This document shows, in pieces, positions 7,056 to 16,176 of a stretch of 31,335 nt of DNA. Under the pieces are notes generated by a model. The model did no database searches. It worked only from the letters and a program-made list of their open reading frames with translations, and was not told the DNA's origin. Every line of letters begins with the position of its first letter. Within the stretch, counting starts at the first letter, position 1. This stretch comes from a virus (Duplodnaviria > Caudoviricetes). The stretch is taken from IMG/VR virus record IMGVR_UViG_3300027772_001143, positions 1-31,335 of that record. One strand, 5' to 3'. Both the position numbers and the translations under genes were made by a program.

Positions 7056-8153
7056 TTAGGCACTAACAAATTTTAAAATGTTATTTGCCTGAACGGGTTT
7101 TGAATTAGTTGGTAATGATACCACATCAGTCTCTGTGGGTAATCCACCTTTTTTTGGATCCGGATTTTTATATTGTGGTAAAAATCCTTTTGCCTTATAT
7201 GGTAAAACATTGATAATTTCATCTAAGTCATGAGTGTGTCCTAATTTTTCCATAATAGTTTGAATCCATTCGGCTTCTTCTTTTACGGCGGTATTAAATA
7301 TTCTTATTGTGCTCACACGTTGTTGTTTCAATACTTCTGCATCACCACTAGCTTCAGGTATATAAAAATGAAATTCAATATCCTGAAAACCATGTTTCTT
7401 AATTAATTTCTTTGCATCACGAAAATTTGTGGTTGGATTTGCATAAGGAGGAATATATCCTAATTTACCTGATGAATTTAGATTTTCATCACCTTTACAA
7501 GCAATTTTTAATTTCTTTGCAGCATCCATCGTAGAGTTAACACCCTTTCGAGAGTGGTATGTCAATATGTTGGAAAAACTAGATTTGTTTTCTCTCACTT
7601 TTTTAAAAATGTTCTTACGCTCAGATACACTCTTATCGGCTGCTACTTCATCAATAAACCATTTGATTTCATCATCTGTATTTGAAATCTCTTTATATTC
7701 AATTGCTTGTAAAGTTTGAAAAATCAAATCTTCTTTGGTGTTAGGAGAACGAGGCGTTCTAATTAAATTGCTTTTATTTTTAGTTAATCTTTTAATTAAT
7801 GGTGTATCAAATTTATACACATCATACATCATTTCGTCAGAACCAAGTTCTTCAGCTGCAGCGTCCCGATTAAAACCGGATAAACCAAGATACATTCCTT
7901 TCCGGTTTTCATCTTCCATGACCATAGGAGGATATTCGGAATGTACCCAACCATTGACTAAAAATGAGGTTTTAAGATTTGTAACATCAGATTGAACAAC
8001 ATTCAATACTCGATTTTGATTTTCTAAAAGGTATACCACTTTATTCCTAGGTGCAATTATACGTCCAACAAACGTAGCACCTTTAGGCACATCAGGCCTC
8101 AATTCTGGTTTACACAATTCTTTAGAGAGAGATAAGTCAAATTTTAGTTTCAT
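7056..8153 (-). CDS. Hypothetical protein with a putative N-terminal ParB/Srx-like domain
   Basis: NQNR...V.NLKTSFLVNGW....PPMV...Y.GLSGFNRDAAAEELG resembles the ParB-N core. The C-terminal part is not recognised. Confidence 0.6.
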   Translation of the reverse strand: MKLKFDLSLSKELCKPELRPDVPKGATFVGRIIAPRNKVVYLLENQNRVLNVVQSDVTNLKTSFLVNGWVHSEYPPMVMEDENRKGMYLGLSGFNRDAAAEELGSDEMMYDVYKFDTPLIKRLTKNKSNLIRTPRSPNTKEDLIFQTLQAIEYKEISNTDDEIKWFIDEVAADKSVSERKNIFKKVRENKSSFSNILTYHSRKGVNSTMDAAKKLKIACKGDENLNSSGKLGYIPPYANPTTNFRDAKKLIKKHGFQDIEFHFYIPEASGDAEVLKQQRVSTIRIFNTAVKEEAEWIQTIMEKLGHTHDLDEIINVLPYKAKGFLPQYKNPDPKKGGLPTETDVVSLPTNSKPVQANNILKFVSA

Positions 8154-8155
8154 AA

Positions 8156-9427
8156 TTAACGTCCTACCTGTCCTAAATATTTTTCTTTAGTTTGGTTCCA
8201 ATCCATGAATATCAAATCATCGTAGAAAAGGTTTTCATAAGAAACGGTATTTTTCTTCTTTAACATTGATATCCGACCCTTAGCATACTTGGTTTTCCAA
8301 ATATTGGCAAGCGCCTGTTCACTGGTGTCAAAGGACTTTACCAGTTGTTCATCACCAATTTCTTTCCTAAGATAGTCATTGGTGTTATTGTACAGAGGAG
8401 AAAAGTAAATTCCCCTCTGATGTTCGGTACGAATAAGTTGTTTTGGAATCTCCAACTTACCATACGCAAAATTTAATGTACGGTTTTTGTGGTCACGCTT
8501 TAATGGAAGACCTTTTGGATTCTTGGCTTCCCACCATTCAAAGTAACGGCGTGTATGATTCTCTTTCACCCAATCATATACCATTCTCATGGTCTTTTTT
8601 GTAGGTTCAAAAGCAACCGAACCAGAACTGAAACCCATTTTGTTCCAATGTTCAAGACCGTCATACTGAGATAAACCACCAGACTTAGTATTCCCGTAAA
8701 GAGAAGTAGTTGTAACTCCAACAAGAACATCATCATACTGTCTTTTCCAATCGTTCTGTACAGTATCAGCAAGACATAACAATGCCAATAACTTACCACC
8801 CATATAGTTGAAACCTAAAGGCTGCAAAGGAACAATCGTGGAACCAATGGCCGTGTGATTAATCATACCTTGTTGTGTCTTGATATCTCTGGCCCATCCA
8901 ATCTCTTTATCTCTTGGAGTCAAATCCAAGAAGTCGGATGATATACAAATAACACCTAGGTACTTACCAGATGTTTCATCAACCACAGTGTAATAAAGAT
9001 TGCGACCAATATTAGAATTGTTTTTCATTGTGGATGAAAAGGTACGAATCGTATTCCATGTTTCAGCCAAATCACCATTGGATAATACCAAGGTCGGTTT
9101 CAATTTTTCGTAGTCATCTGTACCTTCAGGCATCCAGAAATTCTTTTTGACTTTATCAATGAGAGTCTGTTGGCCAATATCAATCAACTGATGGTCATCA
9201 CCAAATAATGTAGTGATAGTTCTAGTTGGATATTTCTCATGCACCTCACACCATTTCTGGTATAAGGTGTACTCTCGTACATCCATTTGAGATGCATAAG
9301 ATAAATCTTTGATGAGGGTTTCTTTTAGTGTATCAGTGTCAATGTGTTCAAATCTATCTGAAGTAAATTCATCGGACCATGTACGCCATTGTTCTTCTAC
9401 ATCAGGGATGTGCTTTTTGGTTGCCAT
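8156..9427 (-). CDS. DUF4338 / Druantia DruA-like protein
   Basis: GRNLYYTVVD...LGVI, PRDKEIGW, NYMGGKLLALL, TTTSLYG, SQY motifs recalled for DUF4338. Confidence 0.75.
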   Translation of the reverse strand: MATKKHIPDVEEQWRTWSDEFTSDRFEHIDTDTLKETLIKDLSYASQMDVREYTLYQKWCEVHEKYPTRTITTLFGDDHQLIDIGQQTLIDKVKKNFWMPEGTDDYEKLKPTLVLSNGDLAETWNTIRTFSSTMKNNSNIGRNLYYTVVDETSGKYLGVICISSDFLDLTPRDKEIGWARDIKTQQGMINHTAIGSTIVPLQPLGFNYMGGKLLALLCLADTVQNDWKRQYDDVLVGVTTTSLYGNTKSGGLSQYDGLEHWNKMGFSSGSVAFEPTKKTMRMVYDWVKENHTRRYFEWWEAKNPKGLPLKRDHKNRTLNFAYGKLEIPKQLIRTEHQRGIYFSPLYNNTNDYLRKEIGDEQLVKSFDTSEQALANIWKTKYAKGRISMLKKKNTVSYENLFYDDLIFMDWNQTKEKYLGQVGR

Positions 9428-10010
9428 TAGTCATTTTTTTCATCATCTTAGGGTTAAAGTATTTGCGTCTAATCTTTTCCAGTTTTTTAAGTCCAAACTG
9501 TAACGCAAGAGGTTTTACCCTTGAAGTATACATGATTCCGTCTTGGTGGTCAAGCTCATGGAGGAAACACCGTGCAGATATACCATCAAAGACTGCCTCT
9601 TTCTTCGCACCGGTGAAATCCTGGTATTCTACCCAAATCTTTTTAGGTCTGGTAATACGCAAGGTCAATAATGGCCATGATAGACATCCCTCTTCCATGT
9701 GAGTTTCACCCTCAGTTTTAACCACCTTAGGATTAAAGAATGCCACATATTCATCATCGGTTCCCATAACAAAAACTCTAAATGGATATCCACATTGATT
9801 GGCAGACAATCCAAATCCTTTGTGTTTCTTACAGGTTTCTACCAATGTGGATGCAAAAGTATTTGGATCAATTGGAGGTTTACTGAAATCAAATTCAGGT
9901 GTTGGTTTATATAAACCCGGCCAATCGGCCGGTACCAACTCAAATGTGGGTATGTCAAGTATAACCTTGGCAGCTTCTTTTGTATCATATAAGATAATAT
10001 CGTCACTCAT
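9402..10010 (-). CDS. def: Peptide deformylase
   Basis: The three PDF motifs GFGLSANQ, EGCLS and HELDH are present. Confidence 0.95.
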   Translation of the reverse strand: MSDDIILYDTKEAAKVILDIPTFELVPADWPGLYKPTPEFDFSKPPIDPNTFASTLVETCKKHKGFGLSANQCGYPFRVFVMGTDDEYVAFFNPKVVKTEGETHMEEGCLSWPLLTLRITRPKKIWVEYQDFTGAKKEAVFDGISARCFLHELDHQDGIMYTSRVKPLALQFGLKKLEKIRRKYFNPKMMKKMTNGNQKAHP

Positions 10011-11725
10011 TTTTCTATCCTTGAAAAGTTATTCACTTTCTTAAATTTAATAATTGACCTAAACTTATCAAAGAGTTGGTCGCCTTTATGGGAAATAACA
10101 AACACATTGGTGTCTGTACCCATTTCATTAATCAACTTTAGAAATTCTTCCGTACCCACGGTATCTAAACTTGAATCAAACACTTCATCCAATATCAATA
10201 GGTTTGTATTGGTAGAGTTCTTTAACTTGGCAATTTGTCTCCATGTGAATAACAAAGCCAAATCAATACGCATCTTTTCACCTTCAGAGAAATTGGCATA
10301 CGAGAATTCATCACGGTGCCTACTCTTAATTGTTTCTTCAAAATTTTCATTGATGTTAAAGTTAACAAAGAAGTCCATGGCAGTCAGGTACTTGTTAATC
10401 AACTTATTCATAATTGGCAAATACTGTTTAATGATTCTGGTCTTAATACCACCATCTTTCAACAATGTACCTGCAAATTCATTATAATGTTTCTCGGTTA
10501 ATTGTTCTTTGTATAACTGGTTATAAGTTTCCAGTTCTTGTTTCAGTTCAATTAACTTCTGGTCAGCACCTTCTGTACCAACTCGTTTCTCATTCAATTC
10601 ACCTAACTCACCATTCAATTTTGTAATGTATTGATTGATAGATGTTATGGTAGAATTGTGTCTAATAATTTCACCGTTGTGTGCATTAATGTGATTGATA
10701 ATATCAGTAATGGCTTTAACCTCATTGTTGACTTTGGTTAGTTCTTCATCAATTTCTTGGAGGCCAGTCCTTTGTGTATCAATTTTCTCTGTCTTTTCTT
10801 TAACTTGAGAATCTTTCCAATCGGGAGTAATTGATTGTTTACATGTCGGACAGTCGTGGTTTTTTTCATAGAACTGAATCTCCTTTTCATTTCTGGCAAT
10901 ATTAGTTTGAACCTTACCTTTAATTTGAAATAGACCCTTGGCTTTTTTGTCAAGTTTCTCTTTCTTATCACCAACTTTACCTTGTAATACATCTATATGT
11001 TTGTTAATCAAATCAATATCTTTTTCCAATTTTTGGATTTGTAGATATGCTTCTGCAACCTCTTGCACTCTCTTTTGTATTTCGGCAACTCTGTTCTTAT
11101 TATTTTCTTCAATGTTCTGCATCTGTAGATTGATTTTTTCTTCTACAAGTTTGATATCATATTTTGATTTAGTGATACCATCTTTTAATGCAGACATTTT
11201 CTCTTTGACAATGGCATTCATTGACGAGAATATTTGTATGTCCAGTAAATCTTCAATGATAGTTCTACGGTCGGCCGCAGACAACTGCATGAATGGTACA
11301 AAGGATGCTGAACCAAGAATGACAACTTGCGTGAAGGATTTATAATTTAATTTGAGAATATTCTTCTCTAAAATCTCTTGGTAATCCTTTGAAGCTGCAT
11401 CTTGGTTCAGCAATACATCATTCAGGTATATTTCAAACACATTCGGTTTGATACCACGAATAACTTTATATTTTTTCTGGCCAATATTAAACTCTACTTC
11501 CACCATAGCATCACGGCCATTAATGGAGTTCAATAATTGAGGTTTATTTATCTTACGAAACGGTTTACCAAATAAACCGAAGCACAATGCATCTAAAATA
11601 GTGGATTTTCCAGCACCATTCTGACCAATAATCAACGTATTTGTTGATTTGGTAAAATTAATTTCCGTAAATGAAGCCCCGGTGGAAAGAAAATTCTTCC
11701 ACCTAATTGTTTGGAATAGTATCAT
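10007..11725 (-). CDS. gp46: Recombination endonuclease ATPase subunit gp46 (Rad50/SbcC-like)
   Basis: Walker A GQNGAGKST, zinc hook CPTC, signature FSEGEK, Walker B LILDEVFD, coiled coils. Confidence 0.97.
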   Translation of the reverse strand: MILFQTIRWKNFLSTGASFTEINFTKSTNTLIIGQNGAGKSTILDALCFGLFGKPFRKINKPQLLNSINGRDAMVEVEFNIGQKKYKVIRGIKPNVFEIYLNDVLLNQDAASKDYQEILEKNILKLNYKSFTQVVILGSASFVPFMQLSAADRRTIIEDLLDIQIFSSMNAIVKEKMSALKDGITKSKYDIKLVEEKINLQMQNIEENNKNRVAEIQKRVQEVAEAYLQIQKLEKDIDLINKHIDVLQGKVGDKKEKLDKKAKGLFQIKGKVQTNIARNEKEIQFYEKNHDCPTCKQSITPDWKDSQVKEKTEKIDTQRTGLQEIDEELTKVNNEVKAITDIINHINAHNGEIIRHNSTITSINQYITKLNGELGELNEKRVGTEGADQKLIELKQELETYNQLYKEQLTEKHYNEFAGTLLKDGGIKTRIIKQYLPIMNKLINKYLTAMDFFVNFNINENFEETIKSRHRDEFSYANFSEGEKMRIDLALLFTWRQIAKLKNSTNTNLLILDEVFDSSLDTVGTEEFLKLINEMGTDTNVFVISHKGDQLFDKFRSIIKFKKVNNFSRIEK

Positions 11726-12804
11726 GCTTGTTCAGTATTCAATGCTTCTATGTAGAGCTCTTTCAATAATGTTTTCAATTTATCGTTATCAATTCCATCA
11801 TCTTTTATGGTCTCCACATATTTGTTCAATGTGGTTAATGTATCTTCAGCTTGGTCCAACATATCATCATCAAGACCTTCTGTAAGGTCCGTGAAATCTT
11901 CAGCAATTGTAACATCTACTGGATTGACATTATACAGGTTACTCATCAGTTTGTCAAACAAATATGGGTTGGTTTTATTAATTACTACCACCTTAACATA
12001 TTTGCCAGCATACTGAGTCAAATCCATATTGGTAATATTTGTAATGGTATCTTTCTTGTCGTCATAGGTAATCTTATGGAACATCTTGTTTGGATTCTTT
12101 ACGAATTCCAGCGAACGCCGATCCATATCAAATATATGAAAACCCCTATCGTCATTATAGTCTTGCCAAGTAAGTTCATACGGGTTGCCCAAATAGAAGA
12201 TATCATCAGCATTGGACTTATGATGATAATGGCCAGAAAAAGTATACTCAAACTTCCTGAATAGAGCACGTTCTAATCCTTCATGTGATGGCATACCACG
12301 ATACATGGCAAACCCAGCAACTTCCAAATGACCCATACAAATTGTGGCCGAGGTGTTCTTAATTTCTTCCATAGAACGTTCATAGTTCTCGGCACATATC
12401 CAAGGCACCATACAAACGTCATATGAGGTATCTTCATATTTCAAATGAATGGTTTGTGGTGAATCAATAACGATTATGTTATCATATTCTTTTAATAATA
12501 AATCAACCGAATTTACATCATTGGTATTCTTGAAATAAGTGTCATGATTACCTGCCAACATATGAACTTCAATACCCATTTGGTACAAAGGGTCAAAAAA
12601 CATTTGTTTTGTTTTCTTCAAGGTAAAGAAGTTTACATACTTCCTTCTATCAAAAGTATCACCAAGAATAAGAACAGTGCGAATTCCGGCAGCCTGTATA
12701 TTAGGAAAGAATACCTCATTATAAAATTTTTCATAGAAGTCCAAGAAGTGTGTGGAATCATTACGAGCTCCAAAATGTTGGTCGGTAATTATTGCTACTT
12801 TCAT
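11722..12804 (-). CDS. gp47: Recombination endonuclease subunit gp47 (Mre11/SbcD-like)
   Basis: Metallophosphoesterase motifs DQHFG, GDTFD, GNHD, GHYH. Confidence 0.97.
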   Translation of the reverse strand: MKVAIITDQHFGARNDSTHFLDFYEKFYNEVFFPNIQAAGIRTVLILGDTFDRRKYVNFFTLKKTKQMFFDPLYQMGIEVHMLAGNHDTYFKNTNDVNSVDLLLKEYDNIIVIDSPQTIHLKYEDTSYDVCMVPWICAENYERSMEEIKNTSATICMGHLEVAGFAMYRGMPSHEGLERALFRKFEYTFSGHYHHKSNADDIFYLGNPYELTWQDYNDDRGFHIFDMDRRSLEFVKNPNKMFHKITYDDKKDTITNITNMDLTQYAGKYVKVVVINKTNPYLFDKLMSNLYNVNPVDVTIAEDFTDLTEGLDDDMLDQAEDTLTTLNKYVETIKDDGIDNDKLKTLLKELYIEALNTEQA

Positions 12805-13217
12805 TTTGCCTTTTCATTAACCATTAATCTTTGTCGCAACTCAGTTGTAGAAAAACTGTGTTGTCTACTATTGAAATATACAGATATTGGTAAATTATAA
12901 CCAGTAAATTGTTTATCTTTATATTCTTCACCAACGATTCTAACATCAATTGGATAAGAAGTCAATATGTCCATCAATTCTTTTTCTGTGGCATATGGTA
13001 TAATTTCATCAACATACTTGCAGGCTTGTAACTGTATGAATCTTTCCAGTACCGTCTGTAAAGGTTTATTTTTGGTAGTTGGTCTATCTATTGTAGGATC
13101 CATTTGTAGTCCAACAATCAAATGGTCACATTGGGTCTTTGCCTCTTTTAGCATCATCACATGACCTGCGTGGAACAAATCAAATGTGGAACAAGTAAAT
13201 CCAACTCTCATAATCAT
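12801..13217 (-). CDS. Cytidylyltransferase (TagD/glycerol-3-phosphate cytidylyltransferase-like)
   Basis: FDLFHAGH (HxGH), LIVGL, YVDEII, FSTTELRQR. The start may be 13211. Confidence 0.88.
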   Translation of the reverse strand: MIMRVGFTCSTFDLFHAGHVMMLKEAKTQCDHLIVGLQMDPTIDRPTTKNKPLQTVLERFIQLQACKYVDEIIPYATEKELMDILTSYPIDVRIVGEEYKDKQFTGYNLPISVYFNSRQHSFSTTELRQRLMVNEKAK

Positions 13218-13759
13218 TCCTCAATAAATTTTTCAAGGCCCTTTGGTTTCTTTAAGGCGTCCTTTTCTGCCTTTTTGGTTTTTCTGGCATCTTCATATGT
13301 TTCTATGAACTCGGCAATATTATCGTAAAGTTCAAATTGCCTTGTGGTACCATCTTCAGATTCCATCATCTCAAATTCATCTAAAATACCATACATCTCT
13401 GTGGCCTTGTACTTGACATACAGTTGTTTTTTTTCTTTTTGTATGCGTCTTAGGAAAGCAAAGTAAATTACCTGTGTAAAGTATGCAAATGGATTGGAAG
13501 ATTTGGTTGAATCGAAGTTTTCAAAGTACATGAGACAGTTTTCAATTCCATCCGAAATCATTTCATCTCGGTAACTGTAATTAATGAAGTTTGGTTTGTG
13601 AGATAAACCTTCTGCTATCTTCATAAAGCACTCACCGATGTAGTTTGGTATCTTAGGTTTCGGTTTATTTTCTTGTGTGGCAATCAGACTGGAAGCCTTG
13701 TAATCTGTTAAGGCCGTTAAGAAATCTTGATTGTTAATATAATGTTTAGTTTTACTCAT
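13214..13759 (-). CDS. gp55: Late transcription sigma factor gp55
   Basis: HYINN..F, YIGECFMKIAEGLSHKPNFINYSYRDEMISDGIENC, NPFAYFTQ. Confidence 0.97.
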   Translation of the reverse strand: MSKTKHYINNQDFLTALTDYKASSLIATQENKPKPKIPNYIGECFMKIAEGLSHKPNFINYSYRDEMISDGIENCLMYFENFDSTKSSNPFAYFTQVIYFAFLRRIQKEKKQLYVKYKATEMYGILDEFEMMESEDGTTRQFELYDNIAEFIETYEDARKTKKAEKDALKKPKGLEKFIEE

Positions 13760-13781
13760 TCAAATGTACCATAAAAAGTTG

Positions 13782-13810
13782 TTGACAAAGGGCTTGACAA
13801 ATGTTATAGT
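13782..13810 (+). promoter_or_regulatory. Antisense-oriented sigma70 promoter
   Basis: TTGACA(13782-13787)-N17-TATAGT(13805-13810) with extended -10 TG, on the plus strand. Confidence 0.7.
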
Positions 13811-13832
13811 TCGTATGTAGCCCCCATGATGT

Positions 13833-14210
13833 TTAGTGTAGTTTTAAGTTCTTTAAGTTATCCATTTCATCCATAGCGTTCATAACATCCATCATATAAT
13901 CTTTTTCTTCCTCAGTAGAAGCATTCTTCTTCTTTTGAATAGATTCATTTACTTTCTCCACGGTAGTGTGGAAATACTCCTTAAAGTCATCACTTGGTTC
14001 CATAACACAAAGAATATCTTCCCACTTTACAGAAGCACGATTTTCTTTTATCATGGCAATTGGAAGCCATTGTTGCATTACTAAGTTTGCATTTCTTAAC
14101 TCAAACATCATAGGTTCTATAATATCCACAACCTCAGTATTCAGGTTGGCAAAGAAACAGATAACATCCATACCATCTTTGAATCTAACAATTTTTACTT
14201 CATTTTCCAT
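13833..14210 (-). CDS. Hypothetical protein (possible Sm-like fold) between uvsW and gp55
   Basis: VKIVRFKDGMDVIC...EPM...QWLP pattern; overlaps the uvsW end. The fold call is tentative. Confidence 0.7.
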   Translation of the reverse strand: MENEVKIVRFKDGMDVICFFANLNTEVVDIIEPMMFELRNANLVMQQWLPIAMIKENRASVKWEDILCVMEPSDDFKEYFHTTVEKVNESIQKKKNASTEEEKDYMMDVMNAMDEMDNLKNLKLH

Positions 14211-15696
14211 CTTTAAGTCCTATGTTGTAAATTTTGAATGAGAACTTCTCCTCATTATATATCTTTACTCTTTCCACAAAATGTTGCAGTGTAAAGTTAA
14301 TATGTTTCTTATGTCTCATATCATCCGCAATATCATACAGTGTAGCCATTTCTTTACCTTCACTTTGTCTTAATCCTCGTCCAATAGACTGAAGATTACG
14401 GACTCTACTTTTAGAAGGAGAAGCAAAAATAATATTATGCAAATTGCGAATATTAATACCTGTACTAAAAGTACCAAAAGAAGCGACAACGATAGCATCA
14501 TTTTCTGTCTCCATTATTCTACGGACTTCTTCTCTTTCTTGTGTTTCTACACCACCGTGTATGAAAAAGACCTTACGGCCATTAGCCTTTTCCAATATAT
14601 CATTATAAAGGATTTGACCATGTTTTTCAACCATTTGATATAATATAAGTGTATTCGTACCTAAACTAATTGCAAGATTTCTAATGAACCTATTTCTATT
14701 TTCATTTGAGATAAGGTATTCTATTTCTTCTTGATAGGTTGCAGACTTCATTTCCTCGGCAATTTTATCTGAATGCCTCAACACAAGACATTTGATTTGA
14801 AAATCTGATAGTTGTTTATTGTCTATCAATTCTTTTGTGGTGATAACTTTTTCCACGGCACCAAACAAGCCTTCAAGTACCAGTTTGTGTGTTTTGGTTC
14901 CGTCCAAAGTACCAGTTAGGCCTATACGATATTTAGTTTTGGTTGCGGATGTAAGTATGGTTGTAAGTGATTGGGCCTTGAACAGATGTGCCTCATCACC
15001 AATTATATAATCAAATTGTTCAAAGTAACTGGCTGGCAGTGTATACAACGACTGCCATGTGGAGATGATTAATGCTTTGTCCGATACTTTGTCTTTGCCT
15101 TGATAGATTCTGTGTACTGCATCTTCAACCAAGAAACCATTGTGTGTTGAGTAGTCTGCAAAGTCGGAGTACAGTTGTTCCACCAAGGAAGTCGTAGGAA
15201 CGATTATAAGGCCTTTAAGATTCTGATAGTCTAGTAGTTGTCTGAACAACAAATAAATGATTAAGGACTTGCCTGATGCCGTTGGAGACAACAATAATGC
15301 TCTACGGTGTTGCATTGCATGTATGAATGCATTTCTTTGATGGTCTCTAACCTGAATTTGTTCACCCCTTGAATGCAAATTTAAAGTTTCTACAAACTTA
15401 TTAAAGTGATACACAGAGTATTCATCTTGTGTTTTGAGTTCACCCCAATCAATAAAGTACTGGCGTTCATCCGCAAACTCTTGTAAGTAACTGGTAAGTC
15501 CCAAATATAACTGTTGAGTTTGTAGGTTGAAAAGTCTTATCTTTCCGTCCCAAATTTTATTTCGGAAGGCCGGAACAAACTGGTGACCAGGTACAAAGAA
15601 AGTAAAATACTCAGATAATTCTCTTGCAACATCTTTCTCGCAGATTATCTTAGCATATACTTCATCTTTTTTAACAATAACGATATCACTGTCCAT
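14200..15696 (-). CDS. uvsW: UvsW SF2 helicase
   Basis: WDGKIRLF, SPTASGKS, DEAH, GLTGT, QSIGRGLR. Confidence 0.97.
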   Translation of the reverse strand: MDSDIVIVKKDEVYAKIICEKDVARELSEYFTFFVPGHQFVPAFRNKIWDGKIRLFNLQTQQLYLGLTSYLQEFADERQYFIDWGELKTQDEYSVYHFNKFVETLNLHSRGEQIQVRDHQRNAFIHAMQHRRALLLSPTASGKSLIIYLLFRQLLDYQNLKGLIIVPTTSLVEQLYSDFADYSTHNGFLVEDAVHRIYQGKDKVSDKALIISTWQSLYTLPASYFEQFDYIIGDEAHLFKAQSLTTILTSATKTKYRIGLTGTLDGTKTHKLVLEGLFGAVEKVITTKELIDNKQLSDFQIKCLVLRHSDKIAEEMKSATYQEEIEYLISNENRNRFIRNLAISLGTNTLILYQMVEKHGQILYNDILEKANGRKVFFIHGGVETQEREEVRRIMETENDAIVVASFGTFSTGINIRNLHNIIFASPSKSRVRNLQSIGRGLRQSEGKEMATLYDIADDMRHKKHINFTLQHFVERVKIYNEEKFSFKIYNIGLKDGK

Positions 15697-16120
15697 TTAC
15701 AAATTTTTCCCATGAAATAAAATCTCTTAACTGCCATGTTCTTTGTTTAAGTTCCGACATAATGGATTCTATAACAGAGATGGCTTCTTCGTGGTAGACT
15801 TTCTTTTCTAACAGTTTGATTAAATCGCCGTCAGCGTCCAAATATGTATTGACATCGGATTTCAAAGCAAACTGAAATTGTTCCCAACCATATTCATTCA
15901 ATTCTTCTCTGGACATTTTGCCAGTAAAGTATTCCCACTTAATCTTACGCATACGCAGATAATCAAAGTGAGCTTTCTTTGATGCAATTTTATGTTTGGT
16001 TAGGATGTTTAGATACTTACTGTGCAAGACAGGTATCTTTAATAGTTCTTTGCTGGGCTCCGTTTGATCCATATTTGAATCCGTTGCCCAGTATTTTAAT
16101 ATTTGTTCAAGATTTTCCAT
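15686..16120 (-). CDS. uvsY: UvsY recombination mediator
   Basis: IPVLHSKYL, KWEYFTGK, YLDADGDL, RTWQLRDFISWEKF; position upstream of uvsW. Confidence 0.92.
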   Translation of the reverse strand: MENLEQILKYWATDSNMDQTEPSKELLKIPVLHSKYLNILTKHKIASKKAHFDYLRMRKIKWEYFTGKMSREELNEYGWEQFQFALKSDVNTYLDADGDLIKLLEKKVYHEEAISVIESIMSELKQRTWQLRDFISWEKFVNGQ

Positions 16121-16147
16121 AATTATATAAAGTGGTAATAAAGTTAC

Positions 16148-16176
16148 ATTATAACATTTTAGTATTACAATGGCAA
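16148..16176 (-). promoter_or_regulatory. Sigma70 promoter for uvsY-uvsW
   Basis: TTGCCA-N17-TATAAT with extended -10 TG. Confidence 0.8.

Noticed and set aside
7056-8153. Possible homing endonuclease
   Set aside because: No GIY-YIG, HNH or LAGLIDADG motif is visible.
8156-9427. Complete Druantia defence system
   Set aside because: No DruE-like large helicase or druB-D genes nearby. UvsW is an ordinary T4 core helicase.
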